Position numbers and translations under genes: made by a program. Source: an uncultured Bacilli bacterium (lineage in GTDB: Bacteria > Bacillota_I > Bacilli_A > RF39 > UBA660). From it: DNA of 64,000 nucleotides. The stretch lies in NCBI GenBank assembly GCA_934155645.1, contig CAKPHC010000005.1:75819-139818 (forward strand), written 5' to 3'. The notes under the pieces are model-generated. The model worked only from the letters and a program-made list of their open reading frames with translations. It was not told where the DNA came from and made no database searches. Positions 8,135 to 17,919 of this stretch are shown one piece after another (position 1 is the first letter of the stretch; each line of letters opens with the position of its first letter).

Positions 8135-8289
8135 AATAATGCGCCTCCTATTGCCATTATAAATTTTAATCAATTAAAAATCAATGTAATAACTAAAAAA
8201 AGGTAAGACATTTACATTAATCAATTTAAATTTTACTCTTATTTTTAAGAGAAACAGTAAGATAAATATTAAAAAAACTTATAGACAAA

Positions 8290-8383
8290 ATAAAATATAT
8301 TTGTTATACTACTTGCGAGTATTTAGGTACTCCTTGCTTCATTCTCGTAATGAGGCCATAAGTCCAAGAGGAGGTGTAGAAAA
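8290..8383 (+). promoter_or_regulatory. rpsF promoter (extended -10 TGtTATACT) plus a structured ~75-nt leader (possible S6:S18-binding autoregulatory leader)
   Basis: tttgTTATACT motif. The leader contains hairpins (TCATT-CTCGT-AATGA) before the RBS GAGGAGG. Confidence 0.35.
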
Positions 8384-8671
8384 ATGAATAAATATGAAAT
8401 TATGTTCATTGTAAAACCAGATCTAGAAGAATCTAATATTAAAGCTGTAGTTGATTCAATGAAAAAAGTTGTTGAAGCTGAAGGGGCTAAAATATTAGAA
8501 ATAAAAGAAATGGGTCAAAGAGAACTTGCTTACGAAATCAATAAATACAAAATGGGATATTATTTCTTATTCGTAATTGAGTCAGATCATAGCACAGTTA
8601 AAGAATTTGATCGTGTTGCATTAATCAATGAAAATATCATTCGTCATTTAATCGTTAAAGTTGATGAATAA
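8384..8671 (+). CDS. rpsF: 30S ribosomal protein S6
   Basis: 95 aa, MNKYEIMFIVKPDLEE…, in the canonical rpsF-ssb-rpsR context. Confidence 0.9.
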   Translation: MNKYEIMFIVKPDLEESNIKAVVDSMKKVVEAEGAKILEIKEMGQRELAYEINKYKMGYYFLFVIESDHSTVKEFDRVALINENIIRHLIVKVDE

Positions 8672-8690
8672 TAAAGAATAGGAGATTGTT

Positions 8691-9152
8691 ATGAATAAAG
8701 TATTTTTAATAGGAAGATTAACAAGAGATCCTGAATTAAGATATACAAGTTCTAATTTACCTGTTGCAACATTCAGTTTAGCAGTAAATAGAAACTTTAC
8801 AAGTCAATCAGGAGAAAGAGAAACAGACTTTATTAATATTGTAGTTTGGAGAAAGCAAGCTGAAAATATTAAAAATTACTTAACTCAAGGAAGCCAAGTT
8901 GCTGTTGATGGACGTATTCAAACAAGAACATACGATGGTGAAGATGGCAAAAAGAGATATATTACTGAAGTAATAGCAGATAACGTTCAATTCTTAGATA
9001 CTAAGAGTTCAAGAGAAAATGCTAGTGCTTCTACAAGTGATGTAACTCCAAGTGATTTTTCAGACAGCATGCCAACTACAAGTGTTAAGAACGATCCTTT
9101 CTCAGATTTCGGTTCAAGTATTGAAATCAATGATGACGAATTACCATTCTAA
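8691..9152 (+). CDS. ssb: single-stranded DNA-binding protein
   Basis: OB-fold N-terminus MNKVFLIGRLTRDPELRYT…, acidic C-terminal tail ending DDELPF. Confidence 0.9.
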   Translation: MNKVFLIGRLTRDPELRYTSSNLPVATFSLAVNRNFTSQSGERETDFINIVVWRKQAENIKNYLTQGSQVAVDGRIQTRTYDGEDGKKRYITEVIADNVQFLDTKSSRENASASTSDVTPSDFSDSMPTTSVKNDPFSDFGSSIEINDDELPF

Positions 9153-9167
9153 GAAGGAGGATTTACA

Positions 9168-9383
9168 ATGGCAGAATTTTTTAGAAAAAAGAAAAAAGTT
9201 TGCTACATGTGTACAGGAAAAAATATAGATTATAAAGATGTTGAAACTTTAAAAAGATATATTAACGAAAGAGGTAAAATTTTACCTAGACGTGTTACTG
9301 GAGCATGTGCAAAACATCAAAGACATATAGCAGAACAAATTAAAAGAGCAAGAGCTATTGCTTTATTACCATATACAAAGTAA
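9168..9383 (+). CDS. rpsR: 30S ribosomal protein S18
   Basis: 71 aa; …[13 protein letters not shown]…LLPYT motif. Confidence 0.9.
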   Translation: MAEFFRKKKKVCYMCTGKNIDYKDVETLKRYINERGKILPRRVTGACAKHQRHIAEQIKRARAIALLPYTK

Positions 9384-9513
9384 GAGGGTACAAATGTATC
9401 TTCTTTTTTTAATCTTTACGTAAATTTTATTATTTTTAATAATTATTTCTTTTGTAATATTGAAGGTTTAATAATAATGGTGTTATACTTAAAATGGTAA
9501 GGTAGGTGATAAT

Positions 9514-9834
9514 ATGACAAGTAATAAGAAAATCAGAAAAAAAGCTAAAAAACAAACATTTAGACTTCTAATTTTTGGTGTTGCATGTTTATTTGTTATA
9601 GGTACTATTTTAACTACCCTTACTAAAGTTTGGCTTGATATTTATTCAAAGTACAAAGAAAAAGCTGAATTAGAAAAAAAGATACTTGCCTTGAAAACAG
9701 AAGAAGAAGAATTAACTGTTGATGTAGAACGCTTACAGGACCCTGAATATATTGCTAGATATTTAAGAGAAAAGTATTTTTATTCTAAAAATGGTGAATA
9801 TATAATAAGAATTCCAGAAGAGAGTAAAAAATAA
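9514..9834 (+). CDS. septum formation initiator family protein (DivIC/FtsB-like: TM + coiled coil)
   Basis: Basic N-terminus, a single TM (LLIFGVACLFVIGTILTTL) and a heptad-rich region (EKAELEKKILALKTEEEELTVDVERLQDPEYI). Confidence 0.55.
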   Translation: MTSNKKIRKKAKKQTFRLLIFGVACLFVIGTILTTLTKVWLDIYSKYKEKAELEKKILALKTEEEELTVDVERLQDPEYIARYLREKYFYSKNGEYIIRIPEESKK

Positions 9835-9888
9835 TGCTCTTTTCTTTATTTTGTGTTATTATAGCATAATGACAAATATTATTAGGAG

Positions 9889-11223
9889 ATGATTATATTG
9901 AATAAAGTCTATGATTATTTAATCAACGAAATAAAACTTGGCAATAATGATACAATTGTAGTTGGTTGTTCTGGCGGACCTGATTCTATGGCTCTTATGT
10001 ATATATTAATGGATATAAGGAAAAAAATTGATATAAAAATCATTTGTGCACATGTAAATCACAATGTTCGAATAGAAAGTAAAGAGGAAGAAAAATTTTT
10101 ACAAGAGTACTGTGATGCGAACGATATTGCCTTTGAAGCGATGACGATTGAAAAATATGGTGATGATAATTTTCATAATCAAGCAAGAAAAATTAGATAT
10201 CAATTTTTTGATGAAATTATTGAAAAATACAACGCAAAGTACTTAATGACTGCTCATCACGGCGATGACTTAATGGAAACAATACTAATGAGAATAGTAC
10301 GTGGTTCAACATTGAAAGGCTATGCAGGTTTTGAAAAAAAAGTTGAAAAAGATAATTATACATTAGTAAGGCCACTTATATTTGTAACCAAACAAGAACT
10401 AGAAGATTTCGATAAAGAAAAGAACATTCCTTATGTTATAGATAAATCAAATTTTAAGGGAAAATATACTAGAAATAGATACCGTAAAACAGTATTACCA
10501 TTTTTAAAAGAAGAAGACCCTAATGTTCACAATAAATTTTTAAAATTTAGCGATACATTAATTGAATATAATAATTATATTGACAAAGTATTAAAACGTG
10601 AAATAAATCGAGTATATAAAGATAATGTCATTGATATAGACTTGTTTTTAGAAAACGACTTATTAATTCAAAAGAAAATTATTTTCTATATATTTGAACA
10701 CTTGTATCAAGATGATTTGTACCAAATAAATATGACTCATGTTATGGAAGTAATTAACTTAATGAATTCAAAGCACTCCAATTCTAGTATTAATCTTCCA
10801 GGTAATTATAAGGCTATAAAGGCATATAACGAATTAAAGATTTCTGAAGAAATAGATTTTATTAATAATTATGAAGTTGAAATTAATGAATATGTTGAAT
10901 TACCAAACAATCATACAATAAAACGTGTAGATGAGGAAGAAAAAAATGACAATAATGTTTGCAGATTGTTAACTAACGAAATAACATTACCTCTATATGT
11001 AAGAACTCGTACATTAGGTGATAAAATGCTATTAAAAAAACTAAATGGGAAAAAAAAATTAAAAGATATTTTTATAGACGCAAAAGTACCAATAAATGAA
11101 CGAGACTCATGGCCTGTAGTAGTTGATAGTAAAAATCAAATACTATGGATTCCAGGTATTAAAAAGTCTAAATTTTCTAAACAAAAGAATGAAAACTATG
11201 ATATAATATTGAAATATAACTAA
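9889..11223 (+). CDS. tilS: tRNA(Ile)-lysidine synthetase
   Basis: PP-loop motif GCSGGPDSMAL. The upstream GGAG abuts the annotated ATG, so the real start may be the in-frame TTG at 9898. Confidence 0.8.
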   Translation: MIILNKVYDYLINEIKLGNNDTIVVGCSGGPDSMALMYILMDIRKKIDIKIICAHVNHNVRIESKEEEKFLQEYCDANDIAFEAMTIEKYGDDNFHNQARKIRYQFFDEIIEKYNAKYLMTAHHGDDLMETILMRIVRGSTLKGYAGFEKKVEKDNYTLVRPLIFVTKQELEDFDKEKNIPYVIDKSNFKGKYTRNRYRKTVLPFLKEEDPNVHNKFLKFSDTLIEYNNYIDKVLKREINRVYKDNVIDIDLFLENDLLIQKKIIFYIFEHLYQDDLYQINMTHVMEVINLMNSKHSNSSINLPGNYKAIKAYNELKISEEIDFINNYEVEINEYVELPNNHTIKRVDEEEKNDNNVCRLLTNEITLPLYVRTRTLGDKMLLKKLNGKKKLKDIFIDAKVPINERDSWPVVVDSKNQILWIPGIKKSKFSKQKNENYDIILKYN

Positions 11224-11236
11224 CAAGGAGGATTTT

Positions 11237-13195
11237 ATGAATAAAAAGAACATAAAAAGAGGATTGATTCCATATGTATTTTTAGTTTTATTAATACTTG
11301 GCATCTATTATGTATACAACGTTGTTAATGAAAAAATAAACCCATTTACATATGATCAATTTATTAATGAGTTAAATAAAAATAATATTACAGAAATAAC
11401 TATAGTACCAAAAGAACGTGCTAGTGTATATGAAATATCTGGTAAATTAAAAGGATATTCTGATAAAGAAATATTCTATGTAAAAGCACCTTTATCAGAC
11501 TCTGTTATTAAAAATATAATTACAAACGAAGATGAGTTAGGATTTAAAATAACAACAGAAGCAGACCCTGATTCAAGTTCGTTACTATACATTGTAATTA
11601 ATGTGTTACCAATGGTAATATTGATTGGCGGAGCTTTCTTCATTTTTTCAAAACAAATGGGAAGTGCTGGAAAATCAATGGATTTTGGTAAGAGTAAAGC
11701 AAGACTTAATGACGAAAAAAATAAAGTTACATTTAAAGATGTTGCAGGATTAAAAGAAGAAAAAGAAGAAGTAAAAGAATTAATCGATTTCTTAAAGAAT
11801 CCTAAAAGATTCCAAAAATTAGGGGCCAGAATTCCTAAAGGAGTTTTATTAGTAGGACCTCCTGGAACAGGTAAGACATTATTAGCAAAGGCTGTAGCAG
11901 GAGAAGCAAATGTTCCTTTCTATTACATAAGTGGTTCTGATTTCGTAGAACTATTCGTAGGTGTAGGTGCATCTCGTGTAAGAGACATGTTTAAACAAGC
12001 TAAACATAATGCTCCATGTTTGATATTTATTGACGAAATAGATGCAGTTGGACGTCAAAGAGGTACTGGTTTGGGTGGAGGACATGATGAAAGAGAACAA
12101 ACACTAAACCAATTATTAACTGAAATGGATGGATTTGGTGCTAACGAAGGAATAATTATTATTGCTGCTACAAATAGAGCGGATGTATTAGACCCAGCAT
12201 TATTAAGACCAGGAAGATTTGATAGACAAGTAACAGTTAACTTACCTGATATAAAAGGAAGAGAAGAAATACTTGCTGTTCATGCAAAAAACAAAATATT
12301 AGCTCCTTCTGTTAAATTAAGTAATTTAGCAAAAAGGACACCAGGTTTCAGTGGAGCTGATCTTGAAAACTTATTAAATGAAGCAGCATTACTTGCAGTA
12401 AGACGTAACAAAGATGCAATTACAATGAGTGAAATAGATGAAGCAACTGACCGTGTATTAATGGGACCTGCAAAAGTAAGTAAAAAATATACTGAACAAG
12501 AAAAGAAAATGGTTGCATATCATGAAGCTGGACACGTCGTTTTAGGATTAAAATTAGATGATGCTAACGATGTACAAAAAGTTACAATAATTCCAAGAAG
12601 CTACGCTGGTGGATATGCAATGATGATTCCAAAAGAAGAAAAGTATACTTCTACAAAGAAAGAATTATTAGAAAGAATAACTGGACTACTAGGTGGTCGT
12701 GTTTCAGAAGAATTAAACTTTGGCGAAATAACTACTGGAGCTCATAACGATTTTGAAAAGGCAACAAAAATAGCAAGAAGTATGGTAACTGAATATGGTA
12801 TGAGTGATTTAGGGCCTGTTCAATTAGAACAACAAGAAGGCGGAGTGTTCTTAGGGCGTGATTACAATAAAACAAGAAATTTCTCTAACGAAGTAGCACA
12901 TGAAATAGACTTAGAAATGAGAAAAATTATTGATGAATGTTATAAAAAAGCAAAAGAAATATTGAGTCAAAACGAAGATTTAGTAAAATTAATTGCGGAT
13001 GCATTATTAGAACATGAAACATTAACAAAAGAACAAATCGAATACTTGGCAGAACATAAAGAAATGCCAAAAGAAGAACCTAGTTTCGAAAATTACAGTA
13101 TGACAGAATTAAGAATGATGGCTAAAGAAAAAGGTATCAAAGGTTATACTAAAATGACTAAAGAAGAAATCATTGAAGAACTTAAGAAAGATTAA
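11237..13195 (+). CDS. ftsH: ATP-dependent zinc metalloprotease FtsH
   Basis: Two N-terminal TMs; Walker A GPPGTGKT, Walker [13 protein letters not shown], and zinc motif HEAGH. C-terminal Rho-N-like tail. Confidence 0.95.
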   Translation: MNKKNIKRGLIPYVFLVLLILGIYYVYNVVNEKINPFTYDQFINELNKNNITEITIVPKERASVYEISGKLKGYSDKEIFYVKAPLSDSVIKNIITNEDELGFKITTEADPDSSSLLYIVINVLPMVILIGGAFFIFSKQMGSAGKSMDFGKSKARLNDEKNKVTFKDVAGLKEEKEEVKELIDFLKNPKRFQKLGARIPKGVLLVGPPGTGKTLLAKAVAGEANVPFYYISGSDFVELFVGVGASRVRDMFKQAKHNAPCLIFIDEIDAVGRQRGTGLGGGHDEREQTLNQLLTEMDGFGANEGIIIIAATNRADVLDPALLRPGRFDRQVTVNLPDIKGREEILAVHAKNKILAPSVKLSNLAKRTPGFSGADLENLLNEAALLAVRRNKDAITMSEIDEATDRVLMGPAKVSKKYTEQEKKMVAYHEAGHVVLGLKLDDANDVQKVTIIPRSYAGGYAMMIPKEEKYTSTKKELLERITGLLGGRVSEELNFGEITTGAHNDFEKATKIARSMVTEYGMSDLGPVQLEQQEGGVFLGRDYNKTRNFSNEVAHEIDLEMRKIIDECYKKAKEILSQNEDLVKLIADALLEHETLTKEQIEYLAEHKEMPKEEPSFENYSMTELRMMAKEKGIKGYTKMTKEEIIEELKKD

Positions 13196-13247
13196 GTTCT
13201 TTTCTTTTGTTGTGTAAAACAAAAAATAGTGTTATAATCAGTGCCAG

Positions 13248-14234
13248 GTGATTTTTATGTGGAAAATCGGTAACGTAGAGATTAAAAATCAAATAGTTTT
13301 AGCCCCTATGGCAGGTATATGTAATTCAAGTTTCAGAAGAATTGCTAAAGAAATGGGAGCGGGATTAATCTATGCTGAAATGGTAAGTGATAAGGCAATA
13401 TTTTATAATAATAAAAAGACTATTGATATGTTACAAATGACGGAAGAAGAGCGACCCATTTCACAACAAATATTTGGTAGTGATAAAGAATCGTTTGTAG
13501 AAGCTGCAAAGTATATTTACGAGAATATGCATCCAGATATTATTGATATAAACATGGGGTGTCCTGTTCCTAAAGTAGCCGTAAGAGCTCAAGCAGGAGC
13601 AGCATTATTAAAAAATCCAGAAAAGATTAGTGAAATAGTTAAAGCTGTAGTAGAATCTGTCCCAGTTCCTGTTACGGTAAAAATAAGAAGCGGCTGGGAT
13701 AGTAATAATATTAATGCTGTAGAAGTAGCTCAAATATGTGAAAGTGCTGGTGCTAGTGCTATATGTGTTCATGGAAGAACAAGGAGTCAAGGATATAGTG
13801 GACATGCAGATTGGAATATAATAAAAAAAGTAAAAGAATCCGTTTCTATACCAGTAATAGGAAATGGTGATATAACTGACGTGTATTCAGCCAAAAAAAT
13901 GTTGGATGAAACAAAATGTGATGCAATAATGATTGGTAGAGCTCTTTTAGGAAATCCATGGCTAATAAAAGAAACTTTGGAATACTTAGAGACTGGTAAG
14001 AAACCATCTCCAGTTTCTCCTATAGATAAAATAGATATGTGTCTAAAACATTTAAAATATTTATTAGAAGTGAAAGACGAAAAATTAGCTGTATTAGAAA
14101 TAAGAAATCATGTTGCCTGGTATTTAAAGGGCCTTCCTAAATCAAGTGAAATTAAAAATAAAATATATCAAACTAAGAACATTAATGATATAATTAATAT
14201 ATTAAATGAATATAAGAAAGATTTTGAGGATTAA
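13248..14234 (+). CDS. dusB: tRNA-dihydrouridine synthase (DusB-like)
   Basis: …LAPMAGICNSSFR…NMGCPVPKV…KIRSGWD… are Dus signatures. The start is ambiguous (GTG at 13248 or ATG at 13257). Confidence 0.8.
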   Translation: MIFMWKIGNVEIKNQIVLAPMAGICNSSFRRIAKEMGAGLIYAEMVSDKAIFYNNKKTIDMLQMTEEERPISQQIFGSDKESFVEAAKYIYENMHPDIIDINMGCPVPKVAVRAQAGAALLKNPEKISEIVKAVVESVPVPVTVKIRSGWDSNNINAVEVAQICESAGASAICVHGRTRSQGYSGHADWNIIKKVKESVSIPVIGNGDITDVYSAKKMLDETKCDAIMIGRALLGNPWLIKETLEYLETGKKPSPVSPIDKIDMCLKHLKYLLEVKDEKLAVLEIRNHVAWYLKGLPKSSEIKNKIYQTKNINDIINILNEYKKDFED

Positions 14235-14237
14235 TTT

Positions 14238-14819
14238 ATGAAAAAAACATTTTTCAAAAGAATACTAGCATATCTTATTGACTGTATAATATTATTCTTT
14301 GCTTTATTAATAATTGGATTATTTATTCCAACATTTGGAAATACTAACGAACTTAATACTAGGTTAACAGACCTTTATGAGAAATATTCATCACAAGAAA
14401 TTACAATCAATGAATTTACTAAAGAAAGCCAAGATATTAATTATGACATAACAAAAGCAACTTATTTATCATCAATTGCAGGAATTGTAGTATATATACT
14501 TTACTTTGCAATATATCCGGTTTATAATAATGGACAAACTTTAGGTAAAAAACTCTTAAAAATTAAAGTGTTAAAAAATGATGATAAACCAGTTAATATT
14601 AATTCGTTATTTATCAGAAGCTTAATTCCATATGGAATTTTGATGAATTTAGTATTAGTAATCTTAATATTGTTTGTTAACAAAAGTGCATACATGAGCA
14701 TTAGCGGAGTTTTAAGTAGCATTCACATGTTTGTTTTAATTGCAACAATTATAGCGATGGCTGCTACCGGAAGAGGAATTCATGACTATTTAGCAAATAC
14801 TAAAGTAGAAGAAATATAG
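14238..14819 (+). CDS. RDD family membrane protein
   Basis: KRILAYLIDCIILFF… matches the RDD-domain N-terminus; three TM helices. Confidence 0.55.
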   Translation: MKKTFFKRILAYLIDCIILFFALLIIGLFIPTFGNTNELNTRLTDLYEKYSSQEITINEFTKESQDINYDITKATYLSSIAGIVVYILYFAIYPVYNNGQTLGKKLLKIKVLKNDDKPVNINSLFIRSLIPYGILMNLVLVILILFVNKSAYMSISGVLSSIHMFVLIATIIAMAATGRGIHDYLANTKVEEI

Positions 14820-14834
14820 AATGGAGTGAAATAA

Positions 14835-16307
14835 ATGAGAGAATTTTCAGAACAAGAATTAGTTAGAAGAGAAAAAATAAATGATATCAAAAAAGTATGT
14901 AATCCATATCCTGAAAGATATGAAGTTACACACAGTTTAAAAGAAGCAAGTATGTTACCAGATGAAACAACAGGAGTAAGAGTTGCTGGGCGTATAGTAT
15001 TCATGAGAAAAATGGGTAAAATGAGTTTCATCAAATTAAGAGATATAGAAAGTGATTTACAAGTTTCAATAAAGATAGATTTAGTTGGCGAAGATAAGTA
15101 TTCTTTCTTTAAAGACAATATAGACGTAGGCGATTTTATTGGTGCTGAAGGTGAAATATTCACAACTCATACCGGTGAAAAAACTCTACGTGCTTCATCA
15201 TTTGAATTCTTAGGAAAAGCTTTAAAACCACTTCCTGAAAAATTTCATGGATTAACTGATTTGGAAGCCTGCTATAGAAATCGTTATGTAGATTTAATTA
15301 TGAATGAAGATACTAGATTACGTTTCATGACTAGAATTAGATTTATTAGAGAATTACGTAATTATCTTGATAATTTAGGATATATGGAAATAGAAACTCC
15401 AATCTTAAACAATAAAGCAAGTGGTGCTACAGCAAGACCTTTTAAAGCACATCATAATGCATTGGATTTAGATGTATATTTAAGAATAGCACCTGAAACA
15501 TATTTAAAAAGAGCAGTTGTTGGAGGAATACCAAAGGTATATGAAATAGCAAGATGCTTCAGAAATGAAGGAATGGATGCATCTCATTTACAAGATTTCA
15601 CAATGATTGAAGGATACCAAGCTTACTTTAATTATGAAGACAACATGAAGTTTATTCAAAAAATGTTACAAACAATAATCATGAATATTTTTGGGACACT
15701 AACAATTAAATTTGGTGATAAAGAAATAGATATGAGTGGTGATTGGGGTCGTGTATCTTTCCGTGAGTTATTAATTAAATATGCAAATATTGACATAGAA
15801 GTAGAAAATACAAAAGAAAAATTATTAGCTAAAATTCTAGAAAACAAAATAGAAGTAGAAAGTGAAACTCCAATTGAAAACTTGGGATTTGGTAACTTAG
15901 TAGATGTATTATATAAGAAAGTAGCTAGACCTCATATGTTAGGACCTGTATATTTAACTGAACATCCTACAAGCCTATCTCCTCTTGCAAGAAGTAATGA
16001 TGAACGTCCAGAAATCAGCGACCGTTTCCAATTAGTTATTAATGGTGCTGAAATAGTTAATGGATATTCAGAATTAGTTGACCCTCAAGAACAAGAAAAG
16101 AGATTATTAGAACAAGCTGTTTTAAAAGCTGGCGGTGACGAAGAAGCTATGGAAATGGATTATGACTACATAGGTGCTATGGAATATGGAATGCCACCTA
16201 TCTCAGGTTGGGGCATGGGAATTGATCGATTAATTCAATTATTAACAAACAGCGAAAATATAAAAGACGTTGTTATGTTCCCTCTAATGAGACCATTAGA
16301 TAAATAA
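14835..16307 (+). CDS. lysS: lysine--tRNA ligase (class II)
   Basis: OB-fold anticodon-binding N-terminus. Class-II motifs 2 and 3 (…FRNEGMD…, …GMGIDRL…). Confidence 0.95.
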   Translation: MREFSEQELVRREKINDIKKVCNPYPERYEVTHSLKEASMLPDETTGVRVAGRIVFMRKMGKMSFIKLRDIESDLQVSIKIDLVGEDKYSFFKDNIDVGDFIGAEGEIFTTHTGEKTLRASSFEFLGKALKPLPEKFHGLTDLEACYRNRYVDLIMNEDTRLRFMTRIRFIRELRNYLDNLGYMEIETPILNNKASGATARPFKAHHNALDLDVYLRIAPETYLKRAVVGGIPKVYEIARCFRNEGMDASHLQDFTMIEGYQAYFNYEDNMKFIQKMLQTIIMNIFGTLTIKFGDKEIDMSGDWGRVSFRELLIKYANIDIEVENTKEKLLAKILENKIEVESETPIENLGFGNLVDVLYKKVARPHMLGPVYLTEHPTSLSPLARSNDERPEISDRFQLVINGAEIVNGYSELVDPQEQEKRLLEQAVLKAGGDEEAMEMDYDYIGAMEYGMPPISGWGMGIDRLIQLLTNSENIKDVVMFPLMRPLDK

Positions 16308-16317
16308 TATAATACAA

Positions 16318-16346
16318 AGAGTTGTTGATATAACAACTCTTTTTTC
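16318..16346 (+). terminator. rho-independent terminator
   Basis: AAAGAGTTGTT-GATAT-AACAACTCTTTTTTCTT. Confidence 0.75.
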
Positions 16347-16446
16347 TTGATTTATCCATCGAAATATAAAGAAAATAAGGTGAAATTTGGTATAAAAACT
16401 TGTTTTTGTACTAAAATATTGTATAATTAAAAATGGGAGGGTTAAA

Positions 16447-17841
16447 ATGAAGAAACACAATTTATTTAAAGTGATTGGTATTACAATCATAGTAGCAGTT
16501 TTATTAACGTGGATTTTTCCTATAACTTATTTTGGTTATAGTCTAACAGAAGAAGCACGTAGCCAAGTTGGATTATTTGAATTATTCTCATATGGTCCAG
16601 TACTTTTCTATTATTTTGGTAGCATAGTTTTCTATGTACTAGCTATTGGTGGATTCTATGGTGTTTTACATGGAATTGATGGTTATAGAAACCTATTAGA
16701 TAGAATAGTAGAAAAATTTAAAGGAAAAGAAAAATGGTTCTTAATTTCTGTTATGGTGTTATTATCATTGATTACATCAATGGCAGGATTAACAACAGCT
16801 CTATTATTTATATTCCCATTGATTATTTCAATAATTTTATTAATGGGATATAACAAACAAACAGCAGCATTAGCAACTATTGGTTCTGTTGCAGTTGGAT
16901 TAATTGGTACAACAGTATCAGCAACTAACATTAATGCTGTTGTTGGATTATTATCATTAGATTTTAGTTCTGAATTATTAACTAAAACAATTATTTTAAT
17001 TGTAGGATTAGTATTATTAATATTTAATGTATTAACTTATGCTAAGAAAAATAAAACTACTAATAAAGAAGAATTAGTTAATGTTCCAGTTTCTAATGAT
17101 TCTAAGAAAAAAGTATGGCCTATTATAGTAATTGTTGATTTAATCATATTAGTTATGATTTTATCTGCTGCATCTTGGGAAACTGTATTTGGTGTAAAAT
17201 TATTTAATACAGTTCATGATGCTGTAATGCAATTTAAGATTGGTGATTTTGCTATATTTGGTAAAATCTTAGGAGAAAGCAACACTTTAGCTTTCGGAAA
17301 ATGGTCTTTAACTGAGTTCACACTTTTAATTACTTTAGGAGCAGGATTAATAAGTCTATTCTATAAAAAGAGTTTCAACGATTTTATTAAATCTTTCTTT
17401 GAGGGTATGAAAAAAGCGTTTACTCCAGCAGTATTAATATTCTTTGCTTATATAGTATTAGTTATTACTGCTACACATCCAGTATTATTAACAATCTTTA
17501 AACCATTATTAACTGCTACAAAAGGATTTAATGTATTTACAATGAGTATTGTTGCATTCTTCAGTAGTGTATTCAATATTGAAGCATACTATACAGCTTC
17601 TGCTTTCATTCCTTACGTTGCTTCAATCATTACTGATACAACAACTTATCCATTAATTGCTGTTGTATGGCAAGCAATGTACGGATTATCAATGCTTATT
17701 GCACCTACAAGTTTAGTGTTAATTGCAACTTTATCTTACCTAAACATTTCATTTGGAAAATGGGTAAAAGCATCATGGAAATTAATCCTTGAAATTTTAG
17801 TTGCATTATTGTTAATATTTACAATACTAGTATTGATTTAA
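16447..17841 (+). CDS. polytopic membrane transporter, YfcC/DcuC-like family (putative)
   Basis: 464 aa with about 12 TM helices. Its architecture and glycine-rich helices resemble YfcC-family carriers. Assignment is by resemblance only. Confidence 0.4.
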   Translation: MKKHNLFKVIGITIIVAVLLTWIFPITYFGYSLTEEARSQVGLFELFSYGPVLFYYFGSIVFYVLAIGGFYGVLHGIDGYRNLLDRIVEKFKGKEKWFLISVMVLLSLITSMAGLTTALLFIFPLIISIILLMGYNKQTAALATIGSVAVGLIGTTVSATNINAVVGLLSLDFSSELLTKTIILIVGLVLLIFNVLTYAKKNKTTNKEELVNVPVSNDSKKKVWPIIVIVDLIILVMILSAASWETVFGVKLFNTVHDAVMQFKIGDFAIFGKILGESNTLAFGKWSLTEFTLLITLGAGLISLFYKKSFNDFIKSFFEGMKKAFTPAVLIFFAYIVLVITATHPVLLTIFKPLLTATKGFNVFTMSIVAFFSSVFNIEAYYTASAFIPYVASIITDTTTYPLIAVVWQAMYGLSMLIAPTSLVLIATLSYLNISFGKWVKASWKLILEILVALLLIFTILVLI

Positions 17842-17842
17842 A

Positions 17843-17862
17843 AGAACTTCGGTTCTTTTTTG
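17843..17862 (+). terminator. rho-independent terminator
   Basis: AAGAAC-TTCG-GTTCTTTTTT. Confidence 0.65.
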
Positions 17863-17919
17863 TTTATCTTTTTAAATAAAAGAACATAATAAACATAGAA
17901 TAGTATGAAAGGAGATTCT

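Noticed and set aside
17905-17919. Upstream in-frame starts for clpC (17905), trxB (33446), rplK (36358), the second yitT-like gene (22198), ftsX (23833) and pgi (57329).
   Set aside because: Each upstream codon sits inside or abuts the Shine-Dalgarno sequence, or overlaps the previous gene. A downstream ATG/GTG with proper 6-9-nt spacing and an ortholog-like N-terminus is preferred.
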